Assembly (NCBI GenBank): GCA_028867335.1
Contig: JAGWGN010000001.1
Location: forward strand, 22,910-86,909
Direction of reading: 5' to 3'
DNA length: 64,000 nucleotides
Origin: Candidatus Micrarchaeota archaeon
Lineage (GTDB): Archaea; Micrarchaeota; Micrarchaeia; Micrarchaeales; CABMGC01
The notes beneath the pieces were generated by a model that was given only the letters and a program-made list of their open reading frames with translations, was not told the DNA's origin and made no database searches. This document shows positions 27,361 through 35,590 of the stretch, in pieces (position 1 is the first letter of the stretch; every line of letters begins with the position of its first letter). The translations under genes and the position numbers were made by a program.

Positions 27361-28509
27361 ATGGCACTTGCACTCGAGCTCAAAGGCGAAAAGGTATACG
27401 CCGCGGACCATCCGACAAAGGATGTGCTTGGCAAGAGCAGCTACGGCAAGATTGCAAAGGGGAGGCTCGAGCTTCTTCCAGAGGAGGCGCTCTATTTGAT
27501 GGACGTGCGCAACGCAGGGTGCAAAGCAAACAAGAAACAAATAACATTCACTTCGCTAGCACGCAAATTCTCAAACAGAAAGCTGATGTCTAGGTACTTC
27601 GCATACAAGGACTGGAGGGACAGGGGTCTGATTCTGCGCAGCCCAACACTTGGCCACATCTCGCCGCACGCGACCCCGATCAAGAGATACCCCGGCGGGA
27701 AGATAAAGCTGCCAGGCTACAGGCTAAAGGGCGCATTCTTTCCGCACGACCTGATGTCAGTTCTCGAGGACGACGCCAAGGGCAAGTACCTCTATGAGAA
27801 CTACTGGCTGGGTCAGTACGGGACCTACAAGGCAGCCGATAGGGGCAGGCTAAACAAGCTCGACGCCTACGAGACGCTCTTTCTGATGGACAAGGGAAGG
27901 CTCACACTCAGCAACGCGACAAAGGCCAAGGTCGCATCCATTGCAAGGAAGAGGCGGGCGGATTTCCCAAAGCTCTACGAGGTCTACAGGGACTGGAGGG
28001 AGCACGGATACGTGATAAAGACGGGCTTCAAGTTCGGCACGCATTTTAGGGTCTACTTCCCCGGGGCAAGGCCGATAAAGGACGACAACTGGGTGCACTC
28101 AAAGCACGTCATACACGTCTTTCCAAAGGAGTCAAAGCTCCTGATCTCAGAGTGGGCGAGGGCGATCAGGGTTGCGCACTCGGTTAGAAAGACATTCATC
28201 CTTGCGATTCCGGGAAAGGCAAGGGCCAAGGGAGGCGAGATCGACTTCATGCTATACCACAGAAAAGGCGGTGACACCGAGAGTCCGGACAAATCCCCTC
28301 CTAAGTTTGCGATGCTCTCGCTGGGCGAGGAGGAGTACATAGGGGGTAGCGAGCTATCTGGGGCGATAAGAAGCGCGCAGGGAAAGAGACTGGAACTCGT
28401 CCTTGCGATTGCAGACCGCGAGACCGCAGTAACATACTACAGGGTCAAGAGGATAGAGCTTCCTGGAAGCAAACACGACTACTACGAGATAGACTGGATG
28501 CAGCCATAG
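27361..28509 (+). CDS. endA: tRNA-splicing endonuclease EndA, long multi-unit form
   Basis: There are two N-domain-like signatures (YFAYKDWRDRGLILR and YEVYRDWREHGYVIKTG). There is one catalytic unit (FRVYFPG..HSKHVIHV..HSVRKTFILA, the Y/H/K triad) and a ~90-aa extra C-terminal unit. Total length is 382 aa. Confidence 0.85.
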   Translation: MALALELKGEKVYAADHPTKDVLGKSSYGKIAKGRLELLPEEALYLMDVRNAGCKANKKQITFTSLARKFSNRKLMSRYFAYKDWRDRGLILRSPTLGHISPHATPIKRYPGGKIKLPGYRLKGAFFPHDLMSVLEDDAKGKYLYENYWLGQYGTYKAADRGRLNKLDAYETLFLMDKGRLTLSNATKAKVASIARKRRADFPKLYEVYRDWREHGYVIKTGFKFGTHFRVYFPGARPIKDDNWVHSKHVIHVFPKESKLLISEWARAIRVAHSVRKTFILAIPGKARAKGGEIDFMLYHRKGGDTESPDKSPPKFAMLSLGEEEYIGGSELSGAIRSAQGKRLELVLAIADRETAVTYYRVKRIELPGSKHDYYEIDWMQP

Positions 28510-28516
28510 TGATGCC

Positions 28517-28882
28517 ATGAAAGATTGTATCTTCTGCAAGATTCCGGCGCAAGAAAGCGAAAAACTGCTCTTCAAGGACGACGCATGCTATGTTATCTAT
28601 GACAAGTACCCCATCGAGAAAGGCCACATGCTTGTGATCTCTCTGCAGCACTACGAAAACCTCCTAGAGGTGCCTGAGGATATCAGCGCCAAGATGATCG
28701 CGGTCGCAAAGAGGTTCGGCAAGAGCGCGCTAGAGGAGTTCAAAGCTACCGGAATCAACATCGTGGCAAACAACGGAAGGGATGCAAACCAGATAATAAT
28801 GCACGCACACATCCACGTTCTGCCAAGATATCCAAATACCTCCGGAAAGCCGCACTACAAGATTGCAGGGGCAAAGGAGTGA
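28517..28882 (+). CDS. HIT-family (histidine triad) protein
   Basis: CIFCKI is present at the N-terminus and the HAHIHVLPR histidine triad follows. Confidence 0.85.
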   Translation: MKDCIFCKIPAQESEKLLFKDDACYVIYDKYPIEKGHMLVISLQHYENLLEVPEDISAKMIAVAKRFGKSALEEFKATGINIVANNGRDANQIIMHAHIHVLPRYPNTSGKPHYKIAGAKE

Positions 28883-28901
28883 AGGGCTAGCTAACCTTTC
28901 C

Positions 28902-28940
28902 AATAAAAAATAATGCCCGCCGCCCAAGAAGGCGGAGGGC
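28902..28940. terminator. GC-rich hairpin plus A/T tract between convergent genes
   Basis: GCCCGCCGCC (28915-28924) pairs with GGCGGAGGGC (28931-28940) at 9/10 positions. AATAAAAAATAAT at 28902-28914 gives a T-tract on the minus strand, downstream of the 28955-29797 gene. Confidence 0.35.
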
Positions 28941-28954
28941 GAAAACCCGCCCTC

Positions 28955-29797
28955 TTACTTGAGGTCAATCACTATTCCTCCGATCTTCGATGCCACAAAG
29001 TTGAAGATCAGGATTCCAATGTACGCCGAGATGAATGTGACTATCACATTGGTTATCAGCGATGTTAAAATCCTCACCGCTCCTGCGGAGAAGTCGTGTC
29101 CCGTGCCAAGCGCTGTAAGCACGCCAATAATGAAGGTCATCACAACCCCTATCAAGGTGACTATCTTTGCGTAGCCCATCGGATCCACGCGCTTTAGCGC
29201 AGTCGGCTTCCCTGTGATGCTGATTCCTATCCCCCCGACATTCTTGGTGAAGAAGTTGAAGAGTATCACATACACCGCAGCCCCAATCGCCCCTATTATC
29301 AGGAAGAGTATCGGCAGCCCGACCAGCGCAAACCCTGAGACCACTCCCAGGAGCGCCCCGCCCGATCCCATCATCGCACTGCTCAGAAGGGATGGTAGCG
29401 CGAAGGTGGCCACTATTCCAAGCACAAGTCCTGCAATCAATGCCCCGATTGCAACGATCTTAACGTATGATGCCATGTCTATTCCATTCACACTCGTCGG
29501 CTTTCCCGAGATGTTGAACTTGACCCCGCCTATCGCCTCAGCGATAACGTTGTATATCGCAGCGCTGATCACGGAGAAAACGAAGCCCAAGATAGCACCC
29601 CCGACTATTCCGAGTATCGGCAGCCCGATTATCACGGCGCCTCCCAAGGCCCCGCTCAATGCCGCAGGGAAGAGCGTTTTTCCGAGCACCGCGAATACGG
29701 CGTCAAAAACCAGCATGGCAACAAGCCCGTAGATTGCCCCGAGCACCGCGTAAATCTTTCCAATCGACATCAGGTCGATCCTTCTTAAGGTCTGCAT
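28955..29797 (-). CDS. Gly-rich multi-pass membrane protein with internal repeats
   Basis: Repeated modules are ...YNVIAEAIGGVKFNISGKPTSVNGIDMASYVKIV..., ...FNFFTKNVGGIGISITGKPTALKRVDPMGYAKIV... and a terminal FNFVASKIGGIVIDLK. Confidence 0.55.
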   Translation of the reverse strand: MQTLRRIDLMSIGKIYAVLGAIYGLVAMLVFDAVFAVLGKTLFPAALSGALGGAVIIGLPILGIVGGAILGFVFSVISAAIYNVIAEAIGGVKFNISGKPTSVNGIDMASYVKIVAIGALIAGLVLGIVATFALPSLLSSAMMGSGGALLGVVSGFALVGLPILFLIIGAIGAAVYVILFNFFTKNVGGIGISITGKPTALKRVDPMGYAKIVTLIGVVMTFIIGVLTALGTGHDFSAGAVRILTSLITNVIVTFISAYIGILIFNFVASKIGGIVIDLK

Positions 29798-29887
29798 ATC
29801 ATCATAGTACTTGCCAATTCAAGATTTATATGCCTTTCAAGCCCCATCCGGGGCCGCAAAACACGCCCGACTTTCTCCGAGGCGAAA

Positions 29888-29915
29888 TTCCACTAATCCG
29901 AAAAACTTTATAAAT
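29888..29915 (+). promoter_or_regulatory. TTCCACTAAT motif + 9 nt + TATA (TTTATAAAT) upstream of the PRC-barrel gene
   Basis: The exact 10-mer lies at 29888-29897 and the TATA at 29907-29915. The ATG at 29946 is ~30 nt downstream, consistent with a leaderless geometry. Confidence 0.45.
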
Positions 29916-29945
29916 CTATAAGAAGTAAGCTACTCAGGCGAGCAT

Positions 29946-30227
29946 ATGAAAATATCTGACATATATCACATGGATATCTACAGTGATTCCGGACAATATC
30001 TTGGCGACGTCCAGGATGTAATAGTCGATCTGGAAAGAGGAGAACTCAGCAGGTTGCTGACAGTACCATGGAAGAATGCGAAGGGAGACGTCAAGGTTGT
30101 CCTTAGGCAGAAGAGCATTCTCTACAAGAACGTGAAGAACGTTGGAGACGTGGTTTTGGTTTCGTCATTGCCAGGGGCAAAGGCGGATGATGTCTCAAGG
30201 GAAGAAGCAACGGATCTTTCAAGATAA
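29946..30227 (+). CDS. PRC-barrel domain protein
   Basis: The sequence DIYSDSGQYLGDVQDVIVDLERGELSRLL is typical of PRC-barrel domains. Confidence 0.6.
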   Translation: MKISDIYHMDIYSDSGQYLGDVQDVIVDLERGELSRLLTVPWKNAKGDVKVVLRQKSILYKNVKNVGDVVLVSSLPGAKADDVSREEATDLSR

Positions 30228-30291
30228 GTTTTGTTTTACGGCAGGGGCTAGACTCCCCTTCTATTTTATCACACTCTAGCGCAAGCCCTGC

Positions 30292-30831
30292 CTACTCAGT
30301 TATCGGTTTTGGAAGCCTGACGCCTCGCTGAGCGTTGTATCCTCCCTGGTATGCGTTCTCCACCCTGCTTGTCGCCTTGACAAAGACAATGTGTGCAAAG
30401 CGCACCATCGGCCTGAGCCTTATCTTGTATGGGGAGTTGTTTATCACTTCAAGGGTTATCGTGCCCTTGAATCCTGCATCGATTATCGTAGGCGGCATGG
30501 AGAGTCCGTGCCTTGCCCATGTGCTTCTAAGCTCGACAAAGCCGACCACGTCATCAGGCATGCTGATGAACTCGTTTGTCGATAGGAGGACCTGTTCCTT
30601 TCCCTTGATTATTATCTCCTTGACTCCCTTCTCCACCTGGAAGGCGGATTCTATCGTGTCCTTGTCGTTTGGCTCCATGATGAACTCATCGCCCATCTGC
30701 TTGTGCCTGCCCACCTCATCTGCCAGCCTGAAGTCAACCCCGTTCTCGCGGACGATCGTCTCGGCGAACGGATCGATTATGAGCCTCTTGCTCTTTATCA
30801 TATTCATTAGGTCGAAGTCGGATAGTATCAT
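30292..30831 (-). CDS. dcd: dCTP deaminase (dUTPase superfamily)
   Basis: The N-terminus is MILSDFDLMNMIKSKRLIIDPF...NGVDFRL. IIDAGFKGTITLEV is also present. Confidence 0.9.
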   Translation of the reverse strand: MILSDFDLMNMIKSKRLIIDPFAETIVRENGVDFRLADEVGRHKQMGDEFIMEPNDKDTIESAFQVEKGVKEIIIKGKEQVLLSTNEFISMPDDVVGFVELRSTWARHGLSMPPTIIDAGFKGTITLEVINNSPYKIRLRPMVRFAHIVFVKATSRVENAYQGGYNAQRGVRLPKPITE

Positions 30832-30902
30832 TTAACCCCCATCAGAACATTATTAATAAATTAGCGAGCAATAAAGATTAAAGCCTATCAGTCAGGTTAG
30901 GC

Positions 30903-30977
30903 GCTCCCATCGTCTAGTCCGGTCAAGGACGTGGGGCTTTCAACCCTAAAACTCGGGTTCAAATCCCGATGGGAGCA
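30903..30977 (+). tRNA. tRNA-Glu (TTC)
   Basis: The acceptor is GCTCCCA/TGGGAGC, the anticodon loop is CTTTCAA, and the T arm is TCGGG-TTCAAAT-CCCGA. Confidence 0.9.
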
Positions 30978-30999
30978 ACTATTTTCATGGTGTGGCCGC

Positions 31000-31866
31000 A
31001 TGCAAGAGACATCCAAAGTCAGGGAGACAAACCTATCCCCTGCATACCTAAGGTCCCTTGCGGGGGACATCCCGTATTCTAGGGAGATTGCAAATGCTAT
31101 AAATGCGCAGAGGGAGTACGAGCTCAAGTGGAAAGGTGACAGCGGCTTCTTCTACATGGCGCCGTTCATGGAGTTCAGATACAAGTCCATCACCGAGTTC
31201 GTAAAGAAAACCGGATTCAAGCAGGTCCTCGAGATCGCGGCCGGCTGGTCGACGCGCGGAATGGAGATGACTGAGGACCCAACAATAACCTACCTGGAGA
31301 CGGATCAGAGCGGCGAGGAGATATCTAAGAAAAATAAGATAGTAAATGAGATGCTGGGCGGGCAAAGAGAGAACCTCCACCTCCTGCAGCTTGATGCCCT
31401 CACGGGCACAGGGCTTGCGGAGGCCCTCAAAATCCTTGGAAACAAACCCACGTGCGTTGTCCACGAGGGTTTGCTCAGGTACATGCTCCATGAAACCAAG
31501 GCGAAGATAATAGAGAACATAAAGTCGGTGATGCGCGCCACAGGCGGAGTATACATAACCCCTGACATAATCACCAGCGATTCGAGAGACCAGTTTCCGA
31601 ATCTGCAAAAGCACTTCAAAACGGCCGCGCAAGTCCAATCCAAAGCCCTGGGCATCGAGATAGAGAAATGCTTTTTCAAGGACCAGGACGAGGCGCAGAA
31701 TTTCTTCGAAGGGTGCGGGCTGAGCGTCGAGCGGCACACTCAGGGTGAGTTCGTTAAGAGCTCCTCATCGATCAAGAATCTGGAGTCGAGGGACCCCAAA
31801 GTCGAATGGAAGGACGTCCTGAAGTTTGTTTCGAATCGCCCTATCTGGATGATGAGGCTAAAATAA
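31000..31866 (+). CDS. SAM-dependent methyltransferase (LCMT/O-methyltransferase-like)
   Basis: VLEIAAGWSTRG is present, followed by an acidic motif. The ATG at 31000 lies just after tRNA-Glu. The track ORF start (30931) overlaps the tRNA and is rejected. Confidence 0.55.
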   Translation: MQETSKVRETNLSPAYLRSLAGDIPYSREIANAINAQREYELKWKGDSGFFYMAPFMEFRYKSITEFVKKTGFKQVLEIAAGWSTRGMEMTEDPTITYLETDQSGEEISKKNKIVNEMLGGQRENLHLLQLDALTGTGLAEALKILGNKPTCVVHEGLLRYMLHETKAKIIENIKSVMRATGGVYITPDIITSDSRDQFPNLQKHFKTAAQVQSKALGIEIEKCFFKDQDEAQNFFEGCGLSVERHTQGEFVKSSSSIKNLESRDPKVEWKDVLKFVSNRPIWMMRLK

Positions 31867-31877
31867 TCCTGTGCAAA

Positions 31878-32774
31878 CTATCTTTTCGAAAGCTTCGCAA
31901 TCTTGCCCAGGTCCCGCTCAATCACCGCGTCCGCAAGCGTGCTCTTCTCCCTGCCCTGCGGTGCAATCCTAAACGAGTCGATAATTCCTTTGGAGGCATA
32001 CACTCTCATTATCCTAAGCGCATCGTCTCTCTCCAGGATCCCAATCTCCATCAGCGCGTTAAGATCGTTTTGCGCATGCCATGTATTGAGCTCCCTTGCC
32101 ACAGCAGGGTTCTTTTTGTCGCCGCTCGAATAGAATCTTTCAGAGCCTGCACCGTTCAAACGTTCGAGAACGAGCGCCCCAAATTCCTGTTTTAGAAACG
32201 ACTTGCTGACCAAAGCATGTCTATGGAGCTCCTTTGCGAAGTCCGCGAACTCTGGAATCTTTCCCTCATTTATCCACCTCGAGCATATCCTCATTGCCTT
32301 ATCGACATACTCCGCGGTTTCCTTGCCGCTAAGTATCCCCGAAAGCTGCGCATTCTGCAACCTCTCCACAAAATCCGACACTCCAAGCGATATGCCCAGC
32401 TTGATCCCCATTTCGCCCTTCGACTCCTTCCTGCTTACCTCCCAGGCCCTCTCCAGGTTCCTGTTCAATGAAGACCTAACCCCTCTGCTTAACCCCTCCC
32501 TTAGTTTTTCTGGCAAAACCCTCTCTTGGTTTAGCCTCTTTATTATCAGAAACGAGTTTTTTATGTACCGATGCGATGCCGCATGGTAATCCTCCTTGAG
32601 ATGGCCCAGCAACATCCCATGGAGATTTGAGATAACCCTCTCCCGCTCAAATCCTATCTCTCTCGATTTGCCGATAAGCCCTTTGATTGACTGGTAGGAG
32701 TTTTCAAAAATAGCGTCTTGGAGTGAGTTCTCCAGGCTCTCGTTTGTAACCTTTCTTTGCAGCAACGTTCCCAT
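31878..32774 (-). CDS. hypothetical alpha-helical protein
   Basis: 298-aa ORF. No motif recognised. Confidence 0.5.
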   Translation of the reverse strand: MGTLLQRKVTNESLENSLQDAIFENSYQSIKGLIGKSREIGFERERVISNLHGMLLGHLKEDYHAASHRYIKNSFLIIKRLNQERVLPEKLREGLSRGVRSSLNRNLERAWEVSRKESKGEMGIKLGISLGVSDFVERLQNAQLSGILSGKETAEYVDKAMRICSRWINEGKIPEFADFAKELHRHALVSKSFLKQEFGALVLERLNGAGSERFYSSGDKKNPAVARELNTWHAQNDLNALMEIGILERDDALRIMRVYASKGIIDSFRIAPQGREKSTLADAVIERDLGKIAKLSKR

Positions 32775-32785
32775 GCGACCAACAT

Positions 32786-33451
32786 CTACCTTATCCTGTT
32801 TGCCTTCCTGAAATCCCCGTGGAACTCCGATCCCGCCCTGTATAGCATCAAGGCGCCTGTTATTGCAAAGACCACTATTATGCTGATGGATGCGACCATC
32901 AGTGAAAGCGACTGGAACTCAGGCGGGTTAGCGTACGCGATGTTTGAAAATGCGAATGCGCCCAGCACGAACACTATCCACATCACAAGCGAGGCAAAGC
33001 CTATCTCGTAGTACTTCTGCCCGAAGATAGCATCGAGGAACGTGTACATGAGCAGAAGTATCCCGCCCAGGCTAAAGAGGATCATAAGCGAGGCAAAGCC
33101 CGGCACAAGAGTCACGGGAAGCGTGAAGAGCACAGCGCCTATCCCGATCCCAAGCAGGAATATCCCGATGTTTCGGGAATGGATTGCGTGCTCCTTTGCG
33201 CTCATCATCCTTGTCGTGCTGTAGTGCTTGAGGCTGATGCTTGCCATTATCAGCGCAAGGCCGATTGCAAAGAGAATTCCCCACATGAAGAACACGTTGG
33301 GGACATTACCCATGAAGTTCTGGGAGAGAAGCGTTGTGAATACAAAGCCGATCGCATAGATCGTGGCGAACATGACCATCAAGAGCCCGATCGTCCTCCT
33401 GTTCTGGGCAGCCCAAAAGCGCCTTACATGATCCCTTGCATGCCTTACCAC
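32786..33451 (-). CDS. hypothetical multi-pass membrane protein
   Basis: 221 aa with about 6 hydrophobic helices. Confidence 0.5.
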   Translation of the reverse strand: MVRHARDHVRRFWAAQNRRTIGLLMVMFATIYAIGFVFTTLLSQNFMGNVPNVFFMWGILFAIGLALIMASISLKHYSTTRMMSAKEHAIHSRNIGIFLLGIGIGAVLFTLPVTLVPGFASLMILFSLGGILLLMYTFLDAIFGQKYYEIGFASLVMWIVFVLGAFAFSNIAYANPPEFQSLSLMVASISIIVVFAITGALMLYRAGSEFHGDFRKANRIR

Positions 33452-33495
33452 AATTCCACCAATAAGCTTGAGTATTATTAATTTAAAATCCTTCC

Positions 33496-34377
33496 CTAGA
33501 GGATCAGCAGTATCAGGTTTCCGAAGAGAAGCGCCGCCACAATTCCGATGAGGGTAGGGAAGGCGAGCGGTATGGCGTTCTTGTACACAGGCAGCTTTTT
33601 CCTCAGAGGCGAAAGCTTTCCGACCATCTCCTTTGTCGCAACCCTTCCGAATTCTTTGTATCTCTTGGCAAAGAAGGCAATGTCCTTTTTGCCCATTAGT
33701 TCTACGGCGACAAAGTCCTCAACCTCAAGCTCCCTTGGGTACACCCACCTCACCATCTGCGCCTTCATCTCCTCTTCGTATATGATTGCCACAACCGAGG
33801 GCACGCCAATCAGCGCTGTGATCGCCCATGCCACGATGCTAAATCCAAACGAGTAGGTCACAAAGAGCAGCAGCGAGCCGTAGGCCAGGATCATTATGCT
33901 CGCCTTTGCCGCCGTGTTCGCCTTCATGCCTCTTATTGGCGCAAGCCTCTTTCCCCTGCGCATGTGCGCTATGCAGTACGCCGGGACGAGCACGATCGCC
34001 GCGACCCCTGTCGCAACGAACACCGAGAGCATAAACGGCAGCCCCAGCTGGCTTGCCGCGGAGAGCAGGGGTGCTGGCTGCATCGGCACGATCAGGGAGA
34101 TTGCCACAAACTCAAAGCCGTCCCCAAGCCCCATCTGCCCGACCTTATAGAGCAGGTACGAGAGCGCGCCGACTATTGCGGCAACGATCGCGCTGTAGAG
34201 GATCTGCTGCACATCCCAGAGGGCGAGCGTGAAAACGATTCCAATGGCAACGCTCCCGTAGGCCATCATGTCCGGTATGTTCCTCCTGTTGAAGAGGTCG
34301 TAGCATGCGTAGACGATGGCGATGATGAGCAGGGCGGCGATGCGCAGAAAATTGACCTCAAAAGCAGGGAAAGGCAT
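33496..34377 (-). CDS. A24-family prepilin/pre-archaellin peptidase (PibD/FlaK-like)
   Basis: Two catalytic Asp contexts are present, CYDLFNRRNIPD and GLGDGFEF, in a polytopic membrane protein. Confidence 0.7.
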   Translation of the reverse strand: MPFPAFEVNFLRIAALLIIAIVYACYDLFNRRNIPDMMAYGSVAIGIVFTLALWDVQQILYSAIVAAIVGALSYLLYKVGQMGLGDGFEFVAISLIVPMQPAPLLSAASQLGLPFMLSVFVATGVAAIVLVPAYCIAHMRRGKRLAPIRGMKANTAAKASIMILAYGSLLLFVTYSFGFSIVAWAITALIGVPSVVAIIYEEEMKAQMVRWVYPRELEVEDFVAVELMGKKDIAFFAKRYKEFGRVATKEMVGKLSPLRKKLPVYKNAIPLAFPTLIGIVAALLFGNLILLIL

Positions 34378-34667
34378 CTAACCAATCATTCTTTCTTGTA
34401 GAAAAGATTTAAATATCATGATCTCCACAATCTAATCAAGGAGAAAGCTATGCAATACCGACTATGGCAGTTCTATGTACATAGGTGTGTGGTTAGCGTA
34501 GCTACAAAGTTCTTTATTGGAGGCAACATGAACATCTCATTGTTGCCTGCCATCGCATAAGGGTTTCTGTCTTTCAGTTTTGGTGGTGCCCTATGCGAGG
34601 AATATATAGAGAATATATCAAGAATTCAATAAAAGCCCTAGTTAGAACCAGAAAGGAGCAGATCATT

Positions 34668-34952
34668 ATGGCCGAAATCGGCTTTGACGAGATATCCACA
34701 GCGACGAGCTTTGTGGAGTACCTCTACGAGAAGTACGGGTTCTCGAGATCCTGCATCTGGTACAACCTAAAGAAGCTTAAGCACAAGGGAGTGCTTGATT
34801 TTGCTGAAAAGTGCGAGTCGGAGGTGAACAAGCCTCTGTTCCTGACCAAGGAGGGAGTTGGGACTCTGAGGGCCATTCTATCACGAGGAGTTGCGGCGCA
34901 GGGAGTGGCGCCGAAACCCTCAGGGTTTGGCGGTGTGGTTAGCCCTTCCTAG
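34668..34952 (+). CDS. putative winged-helix transcriptional regulator
   Basis: The protein starts MAEIGFDE and contains SCIWYNLKKLKHKGVLDF...LFLTKEGVGTL, which is wHTH-like. Confidence 0.5.
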   Translation: MAEIGFDEISTATSFVEYLYEKYGFSRSCIWYNLKKLKHKGVLDFAEKCESEVNKPLFLTKEGVGTLRAILSRGVAAQGVAPKPSGFGGVVSPS

Positions 34953-35000
34953 AGCACAGATAGCTTTTTAAGCCTGAATATGTTAGTAAGTGTGATATTT

Positions 35001-35225
35001 ATGGCGAAGAAAAGCACAACCAAAAACGTAAGCGTAAGCGATGAGGTAAAGAAGGCGGTGAGCGACAAAGCATCACGAAACATAGTCGCAGCACTTGCGA
35101 TAATCATCGGAGTACTACTCATTTTGTTCAATCTTGCAGGAATAATCTATTCTGTGGCGGGATTGGTCCTGATCTACTTCGGGCTAAAGCTCTTCGGGTA
35201 CAGCATACCGATGCCAAAGATGTAA
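35001..35225 (+). CDS. small membrane protein
   Basis: The N-terminus is MAKKSTTKNVSV, followed by two hydrophobic helices. Confidence 0.4.
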   Translation: MAKKSTTKNVSVSDEVKKAVSDKASRNIVAALAIIIGVLLILFNLAGIIYSVAGLVLIYFGLKLFGYSIPMPKM

Positions 35226-35226
35226 G

Positions 35227-35532
35227 TCAGATCTTTGCGCCCTCCAGGGCAAGGAGAACTTTCTTAGTGGCAACTCCGTAGGCGTAGCCTCCCAATTTGC
35301 CCTTTGAGGCCACTACGCGGTGGCAGGGTATGAGGAAGGGGAGCGGATTCTTGTTCATTATGTTCCCAACCGCGCGATACGCCCTGGGCCTTCCGCTCAT
35401 CGCCGCAAGCTGCTTGTATGAGAGCGTCGAGCCGCGCTTTATCTCAAGGGTGTTTAGCAGCACCCGTTTCTCAAAATCGGTTAGCCCATAGAATTCAAGG
35501 CCTCGCCTGAGCACGCTTTTTAGGATCGGCAT
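35227..35532 (-). CDS. ogt: methylated-DNA--protein-cysteine methyltransferase, short single-domain form
   Basis: The active-site motif IPCHRVV lies within the DNA-binding C-domain. At only 101 aa it lacks the N-terminal domain. Confidence 0.8.
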   Translation of the reverse strand: MPILKSVLRRGLEFYGLTDFEKRVLLNTLEIKRGSTLSYKQLAAMSGRPRAYRAVGNIMNKNPLPFLIPCHRVVASKGKLGGYAYGVATKKVLLALEGAKI

Positions 35533-35590
35533 TGCACCACAGATACCCTTTAGACGCAGAGTTTTAAATCCTAAATGCGCTTATCCTACC

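Noticed and set aside
30931-30999. The track start of the methyltransferase ORF, which overlaps tRNA-Glu.
   Set aside because: It would require translation through the tRNA gene. The in-frame ATG at 31000 lies just after the tRNA and is preferred.
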